Source: Rhodocyclaceae bacterium (GTDB taxonomy: Bacteria; Pseudomonadota; Gammaproteobacteria; Burkholderiales; Rhodocyclaceae). Taken from it: a DNA stretch of 64,000 nt. Location of the stretch: the NCBI GenBank assembly GCA_041480065.1, contig JBGOZF010000019.1:1194-65193 (forward strand). The letters are read 5' to 3'. Position 1 is the first letter of the stretch. Each line of letters starts with the position of its first letter. A program made the position numbers and the translations under genes. This document shows positions 28,766 through 38,142 of the stretch, piece by piece. The notes beneath the pieces are model-generated. The model was not told the origin of the DNA. It ran no database searches and saw nothing but the letters and a program-made list of their open reading frames with translations.

Positions 28766-29211
28766 TGCGCGCGCTCTTCGTTGCTGTGGGTCTGGCACTA
28801 CTGGTCGGGTGTGCGAACCTCTTCACGAGCACTCTGGACCTCGATCAAGTCCAAGAGGTCTATGTTGCCGACTTCCATTCCGACGATATGGCCACATGCG
28901 ACCCATCCGATGTTCCCTTGAGCCACGGCCGTGCCAGGAAGTTCTTTCAGCGCGCCAGGATCGTCGACTACAAGACGATTCATGACCACTACGATGTAGC
29001 GCCCTGCTATATCGAGGGCTCACTGAGATACCGATCGAAAGGCTGTGGCTGGAAGAGCCTGGCCGGTGCCACCGCGGAAGTCCGTTGCGGTGAGAACACG
29101 TGGCACCTGGTCTGCGACGACTGCGAAGACTTGTTCGAGGATAAGACGCCGAAGTACCGAGACCCGACGCTTACTTCACCAGCCCCTTCTGCGCCAGGAA
29201 GCGATAGATGA
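28756..29211 (+). CDS. Hypothetical lipoprotein (151 aa, 6 Cys), start overlapping the amidase-remnant stop
   Basis: MAIVRALFVAVGLALLVGC lipobox. An ATGGCAATAG overlap couples its start to the upstream stop. Lower G+C. Its 3' end overlaps the convergent LON-domain gene by about 40 nt. Confidence 0.4.
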   Translation: MAIVRALFVAVGLALLVGCANLFTSTLDLDQVQEVYVADFHSDDMATCDPSDVPLSHGRARKFFQRARIVDYKTIHDHYDVAPCYIEGSLRYRSKGCGWKSLAGATAEVRCGENTWHLVCDDCEDLFEDKTPKYRDPTLTSPAPSAPGSDR

Positions 29212-29788
29212 TCTCCAGCCGGGACACGCTGTCCTCGAGTTCGAGCAGTCTCTGCCTGGCCAGCAGCGGTATCGGCAGCACCTCGCACCAGCGGTAGCCG
29301 ACCCAGGTGGCATCGAAGAAGCGGTGCGGCTTGGGCGGCGCGCGATCGCCGAGATCCTCGACGACGGCGCGCAGCAGCGGCACCAGCCGCGCATAGTCGG
29401 CCGGAATCTTCTCCACCGGCTCCGGATCGAGAAATGTCACTTCGGCACGCGCCAGACCCGACGGCTCGTTGCGGCGGGACACGATGCGGAACCGTTCGTC
29501 ACCCTGCGCCACGACTTGCAGCACACCCAACTGCGCCATGTCCCATTCGACGATGCGGGCCAGGGTGCCGACCTCATGCGGTACGGCCGGCGCCTTCCCC
29601 GGCTGCACCACCTCGGAACCCTCGGCGATCAGACAGACGCCGAAGGGCATCTCGTCCTTCATGCAGGCAGCGGCCATGTCCATGTAGCGTTGCTCGAAGA
29701 TCTTGAGCGGCAGAGCCCCGCCGGGGAAAAGCACCGCGCGCAACGGGAACAGCGGCAGATCGAGCGTGGCGCTCAATCGCCGCCCCAA
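29171..29788 (-). CDS. LON N-terminal (substrate-binding) domain protein, stand-alone
   Basis: LPLFPLRAVLFPGGALPLKIFEQRYMDM... is the typical LON-N/PUA-like domain. 205 aa with no AAA+ or protease domain. Confidence 0.75.
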   Translation of the reverse strand: MGRRLSATLDLPLFPLRAVLFPGGALPLKIFEQRYMDMAAACMKDEMPFGVCLIAEGSEVVQPGKAPAVPHEVGTLARIVEWDMAQLGVLQVVAQGDERFRIVSRRNEPSGLARAEVTFLDPEPVEKIPADYARLVPLLRAVVEDLGDRAPPKPHRFFDATWVGYRWCEVLPIPLLARQRLLELEDSVSRLEIIYRFLAQKGLVK

Positions 29789-30378
29789 GGCTGCATCAGA
29801 TTATGTTCGATACCCAGTTGATCGAGGATGCGCGCCACCACGAAGTCGACCAGTTCGGACACGCTTTGCGGATGGCGATAGAAACCGGGGTTGGGCGGCA
29901 GGATGACACCGCCGGCGCGCGACACGCGCAACATGTTCTCCAGATGGATCGCCGACAGCGGCGTCTCGCGCGGCACCAGGATCAACTTGCGGCCTTCCTT
30001 CAGCACCACGTCGGCGGCGCGGGCGATGAGGTCGTCGGCGAGGCCGGCGGCGATCTTCGCCAGCGTGCCCATGCTGCATGGGCAGATTACGTAAGCGTCG
30101 GGAGGATTGGAGCCGGAGGCCAGCGGCGCATTCCAGTCCTGGGCGCCGAAGACCGACAATTGCCCGTCCCCGGCGTTGAAGCGATCTGCGAACAGGCGCT
30201 GGGCTCCGCGCGGCTGGACCGGCAGCACGAAGTCCAGCTCCTGTTTGGCGACCAGTTGCGCCGCCTGCGAGTAGACAAGCCAGACGCGCACATCGGCGGC
30301 CAGCAGGCATTCCAGCAGCCTGAGGCCGTAGGGCAGGCCGGAGGCGCCGGTGAACGCGAGGGCGACGGTCTTGGTCAC
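29773..30378 (-). CDS. ubiX: Flavin prenyltransferase UbiX
   Basis: GTG start (VTKTVALAFTGASGLPYGLRLLECLL) preceded by an AGGAGA RBS. Conserved CPCSMGTLAKIAAGLADDLIARAADVVLKEGRKLILVPRETPL. Its stop overlaps the LON-N gene start. Confidence 0.85.
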   Translation of the reverse strand: MTKTVALAFTGASGLPYGLRLLECLLAADVRVWLVYSQAAQLVAKQELDFVLPVQPRGAQRLFADRFNAGDGQLSVFGAQDWNAPLASGSNPPDAYVICPCSMGTLAKIAAGLADDLIARAADVVLKEGRKLILVPRETPLSAIHLENMLRVSRAGGVILPPNPGFYRHPQSVSELVDFVVARILDQLGIEHNLMQPWGGD

Positions 30379-30890
30379 GAATTCTCCTGGGCGAGCAGGC
30401 GCGCGGCGATAAGGCCGTTGATCACGCCGAACACCAGCGCGAACAACGCAAACACCGGCACCAGGTAGAACACGCCGTTGTGAGGAACCAGCCAGACACG
30501 GGCCAGCAATACCTGACCGCCGATATGGGCGAACGCTGCCAGGATACTCTGGGTCACAGGTCCGAACCACTTGGGCGGCAGCCTGGCCGCGCCGGCCAAC
30601 ACGGCGAGGCTGAGCAGCGCGCCCGTCAGGCTGAGGAAGAAGCCCGGCGCCAGGAACTGGCCGATCAACAGGCTGCCGGCGATTACCCGCAGAAGCGACA
30701 CCCAGACCGCCTCGCGCCAGCCATGGCGCGCCAGCACCACCAGGATCACGACGTTGGCAAGCCCGGGCTTGACGCCGGGCAGCGGCGTCGGGATCGCCGC
30801 CTCGGCCACCGTCAGGGCGATCGCCGCCGCCGTATAGCGCGCGATACGCCGGTCGCCCGGCCCCACCTTTAGTTGTATCGTCGATTGAGC
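30375..30890 (-). CDS. Polytopic inner-membrane protein, Gx-transporter / heptaprenyl-diphosphate-synthase-component-I-like family
   Basis: Five to six TM helices (VILVVLARHGWREAVWVSLLRVIAGSLLIGQFL..., VFYLVPVFALFALVFGVINGLIAARLL). Start uncertain. Stop abuts the ubiX start. Confidence 0.45.
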   Translation of the reverse strand, partial: AQSTIQLKVGPGDRRIARYTAAAIALTVAEAAIPTPLPGVKPGLANVVILVVLARHGWREAVWVSLLRVIAGSLLIGQFLAPGFFLSLTGALLSLAVLAGAARLPPKWFGPVTQSILAAFAHIGGQVLLARVWLVPHNGVFYLVPVFALFALVFGVINGLIAARLLAQENS

Positions 30891-31034
30891 CAAGTCAAGA
30901 TACAAATATTCAACAAAATATGCTATCCGGAACCGCAATGAAATATAATATTTCGGTTTGTCGCATCCTGCGCAAATCGGTCCTTTCCAATGACCTGCTG
31001 TTCGGATCGCGGCTTGGCTCGGAGTGTTGAGATT

Positions 31035-33023
31035 ATGAGACCTTTTCCCGGCGCAGCAAGTTTCCGCTCATCTTCGCCACGACTCCCGGACAAATCCCAC
31101 TTCCGATCGCGCGCATCAGCCATCGCCGTAGCGACCGTCTTCGGCCTGCCGGCCACCGGATACGCCCTCGGCCTGGGCGGGATTGTCGGCGAATCGATCC
31201 TGGGCGAGGCACTGCAACTCGAGGTCCCTCTCACTGGAACACTCGATGGCGCACTTGACAATAACTGTGTGTCGCTGAGGCGGCCGGCCGATCCGATCGA
31301 TCCGGAGTATTTCCCCCGCGACATGGTGGCCCGCGTCGACAAGCAGTCGGGCAGCCTGCGACTGTTGCTCACCACCCGATCGGCGATACGCCAGCCGCTT
31401 CTGCAGTTCGGTGTCTCGATCACCTGCGGCTATAACCTGTCGCGCGATTACCTGATCGCCGTGTCGCCGCGCGAACGCGCACCCGCCACCCAGCCGGACG
31501 CTCAACCCGGCACGCAGGCCGTCGCCCGGGCGGTCGCGTCGCCACAGGGGCCGACCAGCATTCATGCGGCGACGCCGGACGGCGTGGCTGGCAAGAGCAT
31601 CGTCCTCGACCGCGAGATGACCCTCGAACAACTGGCGCGGCAACGTTTCCCGGGGCCGCTGCGCCAGGAACGCTTCATGCGCTGGGTCGTCGAGGCCAAT
31701 CCGCAGTATTTCGCCAATGCCGGCGATCTCCGGCAGTATCGTCTGGCCACCGGTACGCAGTTGCTGATTCCGGACGGCGTGCCGCCGCGCCGCGCCGGCG
31801 ACCACCAGAACGGCAGCTCTCCTCTGGACCAGATCGGCAAAGCCGCGGCGCCGAAAACAGCCGTTGCCGACGCGACCACGAAGCCGAAAGCCACCGCCAA
31901 AGCGGTCGCCAAGCGCGGCCAGGATCGGCTCGTGGTCGGCAGCGGCGGCGGCGTCAAGGACTACAAGGAAGCGGTGGCGCTGGTGCAGCGACTGACCGGC
32001 ATGATGGAGCAGCAGGTGACGGCCCAGGCCGCCAACGAGGAAAGGATCCGCCAGCTCGAGGCGGGCGCAGCGGATCTCAAGAATCGGATCGCGCAAGTCG
32101 AGGCCGACGCCAGGCAGCGCGAGGCGCAGATTGAGGCTCAACTGCAGGCCGCGAAACAAGCCCAGGACGAATTGGCCGAGCGCGCGTGGTGGCAGGTGGC
32201 CGTCGCCGTTCTCGTCGGCGGCGCGCTTGGGGCCGCCCTCCTGCAAGGCTATCGCATGCTGACCGCGAGACGACAGGAGCCGGAACTGCCCAGCTTCGGC
32301 ACGCCGCCGCATAAGACCGCCGACGCGGCCGGCAGCAAAGCCAAGCCCGCTGCCGCCCCCGCGCGCGCCGGGGGTCGGCTGCCGGCTCGGGCGACCGAAG
32401 CACCCGCCGCCCCGCGCGCAGCCGGGCCGGCGGCGCTGCGCAGCGCCCCGTCGGCGCAAGCCCGCAAGCCGAAAGCGGACAAGGATCCGCTCGATTTCGA
32501 GCCGCCATCATTCCTGCAGACGGAGTCCAGGCGCGTGACGACCGCACAGACCGCGACGGCAGTCGCCGATGTGGCCGTCCAGGAAGTTCCCGATCCCGCC
32601 AAGGCCGCCATCGAGTTGGCCAACATCATGACCTCGATGGGCTTGACCGAATCCGCCGCCCAGACGCTGGTCGACCATATCCGCGAAAACCCGCGTCAAT
32701 CGCTTCAGCACTGGTTGAAGCTGCTGGAACTGCACCGCATCAACGGCAAGCGCGAAGACTTCGAGCGTTCGACCCAGGAGCTGCGTCAGCACTTCAATGT
32801 CCGGGTCGAGGAATGGGGCAGCGCGGCCGGCGCCAGCCGCGGCAGCATCGAGACCTATCCGCATGTCCGCGCCCAGATCACCAAGCTCTGGCACGATCCC
32901 GGCTGCGTCAAGTACCTTCATTCGCTCTTGATGGACAACCGGGAAGGAACCCGTGCCGGCTTTCCGCTGTCCGTCGCGGAGGAAATCCTCCTCCTGATCG
33001 CCGTTCAGAGCGACACCCAATGA
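31035..33023 (+). CDS. FimV/HubP-like protein: FimV N-terminal motif, LysM-like domain, coiled coil, TM helix, low-complexity region, FimV-C-like TPR tail
   Basis: YALGLGGIVGESILGEALQLEVPLTG matches the FimV N-terminal signature. Putative LysM at SIVLDREMTLEQLARQRF...GTQLLIPD. Coiled coil QVEADARQREAQIEAQLQAAKQAQDEL followed by TM WWQVAVAVLVGGALGAALL. C-terminal AAIELANIMTSMGLTESAAQTLVDHI...LKLLELHRINGKREDF. Start at MRPFPG. Confidence 0.6.
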   Translation: MRPFPGAASFRSSSPRLPDKSHFRSRASAIAVATVFGLPATGYALGLGGIVGESILGEALQLEVPLTGTLDGALDNNCVSLRRPADPIDPEYFPRDMVARVDKQSGSLRLLLTTRSAIRQPLLQFGVSITCGYNLSRDYLIAVSPRERAPATQPDAQPGTQAVARAVASPQGPTSIHAATPDGVAGKSIVLDREMTLEQLARQRFPGPLRQERFMRWVVEANPQYFANAGDLRQYRLATGTQLLIPDGVPPRRAGDHQNGSSPLDQIGKAAAPKTAVADATTKPKATAKAVAKRGQDRLVVGSGGGVKDYKEAVALVQRLTGMMEQQVTAQAANEERIRQLEAGAADLKNRIAQVEADARQREAQIEAQLQAAKQAQDELAERAWWQVAVAVLVGGALGAALLQGYRMLTARRQEPELPSFGTPPHKTADAAGSKAKPAAAPARAGGRLPARATEAPAAPRAAGPAALRSAPSAQARKPKADKDPLDFEPPSFLQTESRRVTTAQTATAVADVAVQEVPDPAKAAIELANIMTSMGLTESAAQTLVDHIRENPRQSLQHWLKLLELHRINGKREDFERSTQELRQHFNVRVEEWGSAAGASRGSIETYPHVRAQITKLWHDPGCVKYLHSLLMDNREGTRAGFPLSVAEEILLLIAVQSDTQ

Positions 33024-34252
33024 ATCCGGCGGTATACGAACTGGCGGTCTCGGATGACGGTGTCGCCACACCGGGATACGGCGTCCTGGCGGCCTATGTG
33101 CCCGCCGATGCCGACTACTTTCCCTTGGTCGTCGCCGGCTGCGACCCCCGCCATGACCCTGGCAAGCCGATCGAAAGCCTGGCCAGCCCGGTTTTCGCGC
33201 ATATCAACAAGTCGCTCGGCAAACCGCCCGGTCTCAGGTGGGTGGTGGTAGACAACTGGGGGCGCTTCTTCGAAGCCGTTCCCCATTGGTCGACCGATGC
33301 CGACACGCCGCCGATACTCGAATTCAAGCGCTTCCCCGGCGGTGTCGGCGTCGACGCCTTCACCAAGGAAGTCGGCCCGGCCGGCGAAGCCGGCCTGGAA
33401 CTGCTCTCCGCCGTCATCGAAGGCACCAACCTCACCACCACGCCGACCTCGGTGCGCCAGTTTCTCGATGCCATCCAGTCGCACGGCAATCTGCCGTCGC
33501 CGGGCGCGCTCTTCCACGCCGTCAGCACCGCTGCGGTGACCGGTGACATCCGCGCCGCGACGCAGGCGATTCAACTCGACCCGGTGATTTCGGCCACGCT
33601 CATCAACTACGCGAACGCCGCCGCCTTCGCCAATGCCGGCAAGACCGGATCGGTATCGGAGGCCATCCAGCGCCTGGGCATCAACCAGGTGCGCCGGGTC
33701 GTCTTCATCGCCGAGATGATGGTGCGCTATCAGAAAGGCGCCTGCCCGGAGTTCGACTACAAGGCCTACTGGCACAATGCCATCGCCACCGGCGCGGCGA
33801 TGCGCGGACTGATGCCCGAATTCGGAATCCCGGAACGGCTTGCCGACGACGGCTTCACCACGGGACTACTCTCAGGCATCGGCTGGCTGGCCATCGCCGA
33901 GACCTTCCCGAACCTCATGACCGAGTACCTCAATCGAGGGCGCAAAGCCGACCCGATCGCGAAGACGCGGCTGCAGCAGGAGATTTTCCCCGGTCCGGTC
34001 AACCGGGTCAGCGAAGCCTACCTCGCCCGGTTCGACTTTCCCGAAAACGTCCAGGCGGCCATCAGCGGAATGCCAACTCGCGACGGTTGGGCCTGGTTCG
34101 ATTGCCTGGCCGCAGCAATCCGCGGTGGTCAGAGCCTGGCGCCCTTCGATTGCCTGGCGGTACCCACCGACCTTCCGGTTCCCGATGTCTGTCGTGAAGA
34201 ATGGCAGCACTGGAAGAGCCTGCTCGCCATCCCTTCGGCCATCAGTAGCTGA
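33020..34252 (+). CDS. HDOD-domain signal transduction protein with an uncharacterised about 200-aa N-terminal domain
   Basis: HDOD core DIRAATQAIQLDPVISATLINYANAAAF...SVSEAIQRLGINQVRRVVFIAEMM. ATGA overlap with the FimV-like stop. Confidence 0.7.
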   Translation: MNPAVYELAVSDDGVATPGYGVLAAYVPADADYFPLVVAGCDPRHDPGKPIESLASPVFAHINKSLGKPPGLRWVVVDNWGRFFEAVPHWSTDADTPPILEFKRFPGGVGVDAFTKEVGPAGEAGLELLSAVIEGTNLTTTPTSVRQFLDAIQSHGNLPSPGALFHAVSTAAVTGDIRAATQAIQLDPVISATLINYANAAAFANAGKTGSVSEAIQRLGINQVRRVVFIAEMMVRYQKGACPEFDYKAYWHNAIATGAAMRGLMPEFGIPERLADDGFTTGLLSGIGWLAIAETFPNLMTEYLNRGRKADPIAKTRLQQEIFPGPVNRVSEAYLARFDFPENVQAAISGMPTRDGWAWFDCLAAAIRGGQSLAPFDCLAVPTDLPVPDVCREEWQHWKSLLAIPSAISS

Positions 34253-34619
34253 GCGAGTCGTAGCCCGGTTGCCCACCCGCCAGGGCCAGGCTCACGTGAT
34301 TCGGTGCGCAGATGGCGACCGCGTTGGCCCGGGTCAGCCAGCCCTGCCGGACGCAATACTGGCGCGGCCCTGGATCGGTCAGCACGCGGGCGCGGCCAGG
34401 CTGGATTTCAACCACCGTGATCCCCAGCGGTCCCGGCACTTCGATTCGTCGCGCCGCGGTTAGCGGGTACTCCGCCACCACGCGGCCATCGAGCCGGACC
34501 ACCGCGCGTTCGGCCGGACCACCGCGCCAAAGCAGCGGAAAGGACACCGCCACCACCGAGGCGCCCACAACCGCCACCAGCCAGTCGCCCGGGCGAAGCA
34601 GCGGCAGCCAGGTCTTCAT
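34242..34619 (-). CDS. NusG-domain-II-like small protein (DUF1312-like)
   Basis: N-terminal TM helix. C-terminal CVRQGWLTRANAVAICAPNHVSLAL matches the C..QG.I......I.C.PN.V motif of the NusG_II family. Confidence 0.45.
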   Translation of the reverse strand: MKTWLPLLRPGDWLVAVVGASVVAVSFPLLWRGGPAERAVVRLDGRVVAEYPLTAARRIEVPGPLGITVVEIQPGRARVLTDPGPRQYCVRQGWLTRANAVAICAPNHVSLALAGGQPGYDSLSY

Positions 34620-34638
34620 GGCAGCGCCAGCGGTCGAC

Positions 34639-35523
34639 TCACGATTGATCCGGCGCCGGACTCTCGCGTCCCAGGTTGCGGTGACGGACCAGTACCCGCA
34701 GCTTGTCGCGGAATCGTGCGACCAATTGTTCCGCGAAATACACCGAGCGGTGCTGGCCGCCGGTGCAGCCGACCGCCACCGTCAGGTAGGAGCGGTTGTC
34801 GCCGATATAGGACGGCAGCCAGGTCTCGATGAAGCGGCCGATGTCGTCGAGCATGCGCATCGCATCGGGCTCCGCTTCCAGGAAGGCGATCACCTCGCTG
34901 TCGAGGCCGGTCAGCACGCGCAACTGCGGATCGTAATGGGGATTGGGCAGGCAGCGGACATCGAAAACGAGATCGGCGTCGAGCGGCAGCCCGTGCTTGA
35001 AGCCGAACGACTCGAACATCAGTGTCAGCCCCGAATTGCTGCCAAGCTCGGCGAAATCCTTGATGAAGGCGCGCAATGCGTTGGGTCGCAGGTTGCTGGT
35101 GTCGATGCGATGCCCTAGCCCGGCCAGATCCTCGAGCATCTCGCGCTCGCGGCGGATCGCCTCGGCCAGCGTGATGTTGCCGGCAGCCAGCGGGTGGCGG
35201 CGGCGCGTTTCGGAAAAGCGCTGGATCAGCACGTCGTCGCGGGCGTGCAGGAAAAGGAAGCGCATATCCACGTCGCCGGCAATCTTGAGGTCGCGCAGTT
35301 GTTCGGGCAGGAAGGACGCCACGCCGGCGCCGCCGCGCATATCCATGGCGACGGCGATGCGCTCGTAACCCTCGGCGCAGAGCTGCTCCACCAGACGCAT
35401 CAGCAGCGCCAGCGGCAGGTTGTCGACGCAGAAATAGCCGGCATCCTCGAGCACGTTCAAGGCGATCGACTTGCCGGAACCGGACAGGCCGCTGATGAGG
35501 ATGAGTTTCACGGCGCAAAGCAT
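34639..35523 (-). CDS. rapZ: RNase adapter protein RapZ (YhbJ), P-loop NTPase
   Basis: Walker A LILISGLSGSGKSIALNVLED. Conserved C-terminal VAVGCTGGQHRSV. Start possibly a GTG at VKLILIS. Confidence 0.85.
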   Translation of the reverse strand: MLCAVKLILISGLSGSGKSIALNVLEDAGYFCVDNLPLALLMRLVEQLCAEGYERIAVAMDMRGGAGVASFLPEQLRDLKIAGDVDMRFLFLHARDDVLIQRFSETRRRHPLAAGNITLAEAIRREREMLEDLAGLGHRIDTSNLRPNALRAFIKDFAELGSNSGLTLMFESFGFKHGLPLDADLVFDVRCLPNPHYDPQLRVLTGLDSEVIAFLEAEPDAMRMLDDIGRFIETWLPSYIGDNRSYLTVAVGCTGGQHRSVYFAEQLVARFRDKLRVLVRHRNLGRESPAPDQS

Positions 35524-35561
35524 AGCCGATTCGCTTGCCCCTGCGTACGGCGGCGAGGCCC

Positions 35562-36476
35562 TCAGGCGGCCATGGTCGGCACGATGTCGCCGTCGACGAT
35601 GGTTACCGCCTTGGCCTTCTGCAGTTCCGCCAGCAGCCAGCCGGCCAGCGCCTCGGCGTCCATGCCCAGGAGCCCCGCGCCGACATCGCGGAACAGCGGC
35701 ACGGCCTGAAGGTAGGCTGCAAGGCCGTCCACGGGAAGGCGCTGCAAGTCCAGCAGATTGAACGCGAAGCAGGCCTTGACCGCGTTGCGGGCGATGCGGG
35801 CCGGATCCTTCTCGAAGGCCTCCAGGCGCCGGAACGCCCTTTCCAGCGCCGCGTCGACGTCGTCGAAGGCCGCGCCATGCCCTGGAATGACTGTCGACAC
35901 CGGCAGACGCGACAGTCTTTCCAGCGTCCCACGCGTGGCTTTCAACGCGCCGGTCCTGCCCAGCAGTTCGCCGAAGACGATGCCGAAGCCGTCCTGCCAG
36001 AGGGCGTCGCCGGAGATCAACAGTCGCTTCTCGGCACAGTGGAAGACCAGCGCCTCCATGTCGTGGCCCGGCGCGGCGAGCGCACGCCAGACCAAGCCGC
36101 CCATCTCGAACTCCTGGTCCGGCGCGATCACACCGTCATGATGGAAGCGGTCGCCCCGCTGGGCCGCCGGCCCCAGCAGCAGCGCCTCCTCGTCCCAGGC
36201 CGCGACATGGGCCTCGATACCGGCGGGGATCACGATCTCGCAGCCATGAGCGCGCCTGACTGCGGCATTGCCGCCGATATGGTCGGAGTGGGAATGCGTG
36301 TTGATGAGGCGGGTCAGCCGGCGGCCATCCAGCGCTGCCTCGACCAGCGCCAAGGTCTGCGTCGCGTGGCCGACATAGCCGCTGTCGACCAGCGTGGCCG
36401 TCTCGCCTTCGAAGAAGAGGATGTTGTTCGACGAAAGCCAGCCGCGCTCGATGATGCGAAGCCGCGGCAACACCAT
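35562..36476 (-). CDS. MBL-fold metallo-hydrolase
   Basis: Zn-binding motif INTHSHSDHIGGN plus downstream His/Asp ligands. Start at MVLPRLRII, overlapping the HMG-CoA lyase stop (TGATG). Confidence 0.7.
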   Translation of the reverse strand: MVLPRLRIIERGWLSSNNILFFEGETATLVDSGYVGHATQTLALVEAALDGRRLTRLINTHSHSDHIGGNAAVRRAHGCEIVIPAGIEAHVAAWDEEALLLGPAAQRGDRFHHDGVIAPDQEFEMGGLVWRALAAPGHDMEALVFHCAEKRLLISGDALWQDGFGIVFGELLGRTGALKATRGTLERLSRLPVSTVIPGHGAAFDDVDAALERAFRRLEAFEKDPARIARNAVKACFAFNLLDLQRLPVDGLAAYLQAVPLFRDVGAGLLGMDAEALAGWLLAELQKAKAVTIVDGDIVPTMAA

Positions 36477-37378
36477 CACCGCCTGGCGATCAGCGCCCGT
36501 GCCACCCGCGAATTCGATTCGCGTCCGAGCTGTTGCGAGATCCAGACGCCAGTTTCGGCCAGCCGCAGCAAATCGATGCCGCTCTCGATGCCCAGTCCCT
36601 GCAACAGCCAGACCACATCCTCGGTGGCGACATTGCCTGCCGCGCCCGGCGCGTAGGGGCAACCGCCGAGACCGGCGACAGAGGCGTCGAACACTCCCAT
36701 GCCCATCTCCAGCGCCGCATAGATGTTGGCGATCGCCATGCCGTAGGTGTCGTGGAAATGGCCGGCGATCTTCTTGAGCGGCGCGCGCCGCGCCACGGCC
36801 TCGATCATCGCCTTGATCTTGAGCGGCGTGCCGACGCCGATGGTGTCGCCCAGGCTGACTTCGTAGCAGCCCATCTCGAGCAGGGAGCGGGTCAGGTCGG
36901 CCACCAGCTTCGGCGCCACCTCGCCCTCGAACGGGCAGCCGAGCACGCACGACAAATAGCCGCGCACCTTGATGTCGGCCTCTTTGGCGGCTTCGATGGC
37001 GGCCCGGAAGCGTTCGAACGATTCGGCGATCGAGCAGTTGATGTTCTTCTGCGAGAAGGATTCCGAGGCGGCGCCGAACACCGCGACCTCCTTCGCACCC
37101 GCTGCCAACGCAGCCTCCAGCCCTTTCATGTTCGGCACCAGCACCGGGTAGGCAACACCCTCGCGCTGCGGAAGCGCGCGCATCAGTTCGGCGCTCTCGG
37201 CCATCTGCGGCACCCACTTCGGCGACACGAAGGCGCCCGCCTCGACGGTCTTGAGCCCGCAGGCGGCAAGACGGTCGATCAGTTCCGCCTTGACCGCGAC
37301 CGGCAGGATGCGGGCCTCGTTCTGCAGCCCGTCGCGAGCGCCCACTTCGACGATGCGGACATTGCGGGGCAGAGTCAT
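36476..37378 (-). CDS. liuE: Hydroxymethylglutaryl-CoA lyase
   Basis: VEVGARDGLQNE, HFHDTYGMAIANIYAALEMG, GLGGCPYA: HMGL signature motifs across the full length. Confidence 0.85.
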   Translation of the reverse strand: MTLPRNVRIVEVGARDGLQNEARILPVAVKAELIDRLAACGLKTVEAGAFVSPKWVPQMAESAELMRALPQREGVAYPVLVPNMKGLEAALAAGAKEVAVFGAASESFSQKNINCSIAESFERFRAAIEAAKEADIKVRGYLSCVLGCPFEGEVAPKLVADLTRSLLEMGCYEVSLGDTIGVGTPLKIKAMIEAVARRAPLKKIAGHFHDTYGMAIANIYAALEMGMGVFDASVAGLGGCPYAPGAAGNVATEDVVWLLQGLGIESGIDLLRLAETGVWISQQLGRESNSRVARALIARR

Positions 37379-37690
37379 GCTCTTCCTGCCGGGACTTGGG
37401 GGCTGTCGGTGGACATGATCATCAGGTTCATGGGAACGATACTATGCCGGCTCGAACGAAATCTGCAAAGCCCACTGCCAATGGAAGATCCGGCCGACCC
37501 GACGTTCCGCTACACCAGGTTTCAAACGTGGTTTCGCCTACGTGGGCTGGCGACATGTCCGACTTGCTCGGCACGCCTTCGCTACGGCCATGTCGGCATA
37601 ACCCGACGCCGTCTGCTTTCTATTCCTTAAGTATCATTGTTGCTATAGTGGACGATGTGCAATCAGGCCCAGCCCCAGAGGGAGAATATA

Positions 37691-38137
37691 GTGGAAAGAA
37701 AGATTCTGTTGGTCGAAGACAATCCGGATGACGAGTTCCTGGCCTTGCGGGCGCTGCGGAAGAACAACGTGGCAAACGAGGTCATCGTCGCCCATGACGG
37801 ATTGGAGGCGCTGGACTACCTGTTCGGCGAAGGCACGCAAGCCGGCCGGGAACGGCTGGTACCGGAGGTCATCCTGCTCGATCTCAAGTTGCCGAAGATC
37901 GATGGGCTGGAAGTGCTGCGCCGCATCCGCGCCGACGAGCGCACCCGGCGCATTCCCACTGTGATCCTTACGACATCGGGCGAAACGATCGACATCGAGA
38001 CCAGCTACGACAACGGCTGCAACAGCTACATCCGCAAGCCGGTCGACTTTGAACAGTTCATCGATGCGGTGCGCCAACTTGGTCTCTACTGGCTGGTGCT
38101 GAACACGACGCACAGGTCCGACACACTGGCTTCCTGA
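37691..38137 (+). CDS. Single-domain response regulator (REC)
   Basis: GTG start after a GGGAGA RBS. KILLVEDNPDDEFL...VILLDLKLPKIDGLEVLRRIR...IRKP: receiver domain with conserved Asp pocket and Lys. Confidence 0.75.
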   Translation: MERKILLVEDNPDDEFLALRALRKNNVANEVIVAHDGLEALDYLFGEGTQAGRERLVPEVILLDLKLPKIDGLEVLRRIRADERTRRIPTVILTTSGETIDIETSYDNGCNSYIRKPVDFEQFIDAVRQLGLYWLVLNTTHRSDTLAS

Positions 38138-38142
38138 CCCTC

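Noticed and set aside
35535-36656. 373-aa plus-strand ORF opposite the MBL hydrolase / HMG-CoA lyase junction
   Set aside because: Antisense artefact. Both minus-strand genes are well supported, including their stop/start overlap.
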